Shown: piece after piece, positions 31,873 through 32,000 of the stretch
How positions within the stretch are numbered: the stretch's first letter is position 1
Layout of the letters: the number at the start of each line of letters is the position of its first letter
Source: Candidatus Woesearchaeota archaeon
GTDB taxonomy: Archaea; Nanobdellota; Nanobdellia; Woesearchaeales; UBA583
Direction: 5' to 3'
Assembly (NCBI GenBank): GCA_965205335.1
Contig: OZ242164.1
Coordinates: 209,905 to 241,904 of the forward strand
DNA: 32,000 nucleotides
Notes under the pieces: model-generated
What the model saw: the letters and a program-made list of their open reading frames with translations, nothing else
The model's database searches: none
Told to the model about the DNA's origin: nothing
Translations under genes and position numbers: made by a program

Positions 31873-32000
31873 TTTTTATTAATTAAATCTATTATGTGAA
31901 TGACTTGGCTTGGGTAGCGATGAAGGACGTGGTTAGCTGCGATATGCGTAAGGTAGGAGCATACTTCCTTTGAACTTGCGATTTCCGAATAGGACTTCCT
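31873..32000 (+). rRNA. 23S rRNA, 5' end (continues beyond window); start position approximate (+/- 10 nt)
   Basis: GTGAATGACTTGGC..GCGATGAAGGACGTGG..GCTGCGATA..GCGATTTCCGAATAGGA is collinear with the universally conserved 23S domain I 5' sequence (E. coli GTGGATGCCCTGGC..GCGATGAAGGACGTG..CTGCGATAAG..GCGATTTCCGAATGGGGAAAC). Confidence 0.9.

Overview
This is an AT-rich, gene-dense window (about 30% G+C by rough hand count) that reads as a small-genome archaeon; a DPANN-like lineage is inference only. The support for an archaeal origin is as follows. BRE/TATA boxes (consensus about AAACTTATAAATA) sit about 25-30 nt upstream of most start codons, implying leaderless mRNAs. The tRNA genes lack an encoded CCA. 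tRNA-Ala(UGC) precedes a 23S rRNA 5' end. A HerA-type ATPase and a split LplA/LplB lipoate ligase are present.

Contents, in order:
- A glycogen cluster: GT4 glycosyltransferase, GH57, amylo-1,6-glucosidase-type debranching enzyme, DUF2238 membrane protein and a eukaryote-type GT3 glycogen synthase.
- A HerA/DUF87 ATPase with a long C-terminal extension.
- A protein built from near-identical 96-bp tandem repeats.
- serS, a PurC-like gene and tRNA-Arg(UCG).
- A znuABC-like metal uptake operon divergent from a Fur/Zur regulator.
- lplA/lplB/lipA and ftsY.
- A compositionally foreign ATP-grasp + S66 peptidase operon with a divergent tandem-Lrp regulator.
- A decayed region: integrase fragment, tRNA-Thr(GGU), Nudix gene, one-domain Hel308-like helicase and a 128-bp MITE with target-site duplication.
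- HAD hydrolase, CAP-domain lipoprotein, tRNA-Ala and the start of 23S rRNA with no 16S upstream.

The most interesting signals are the GC/Arg-rich ligase-peptidase module bracketed by a ~46-nt direct repeat, the MITE, the tandem-repeat (possibly mTERF-like) protein, and the eukaryote-like glycogen toolkit.

All family assignments come from motif recognition by eye. No database search or computation was possible.
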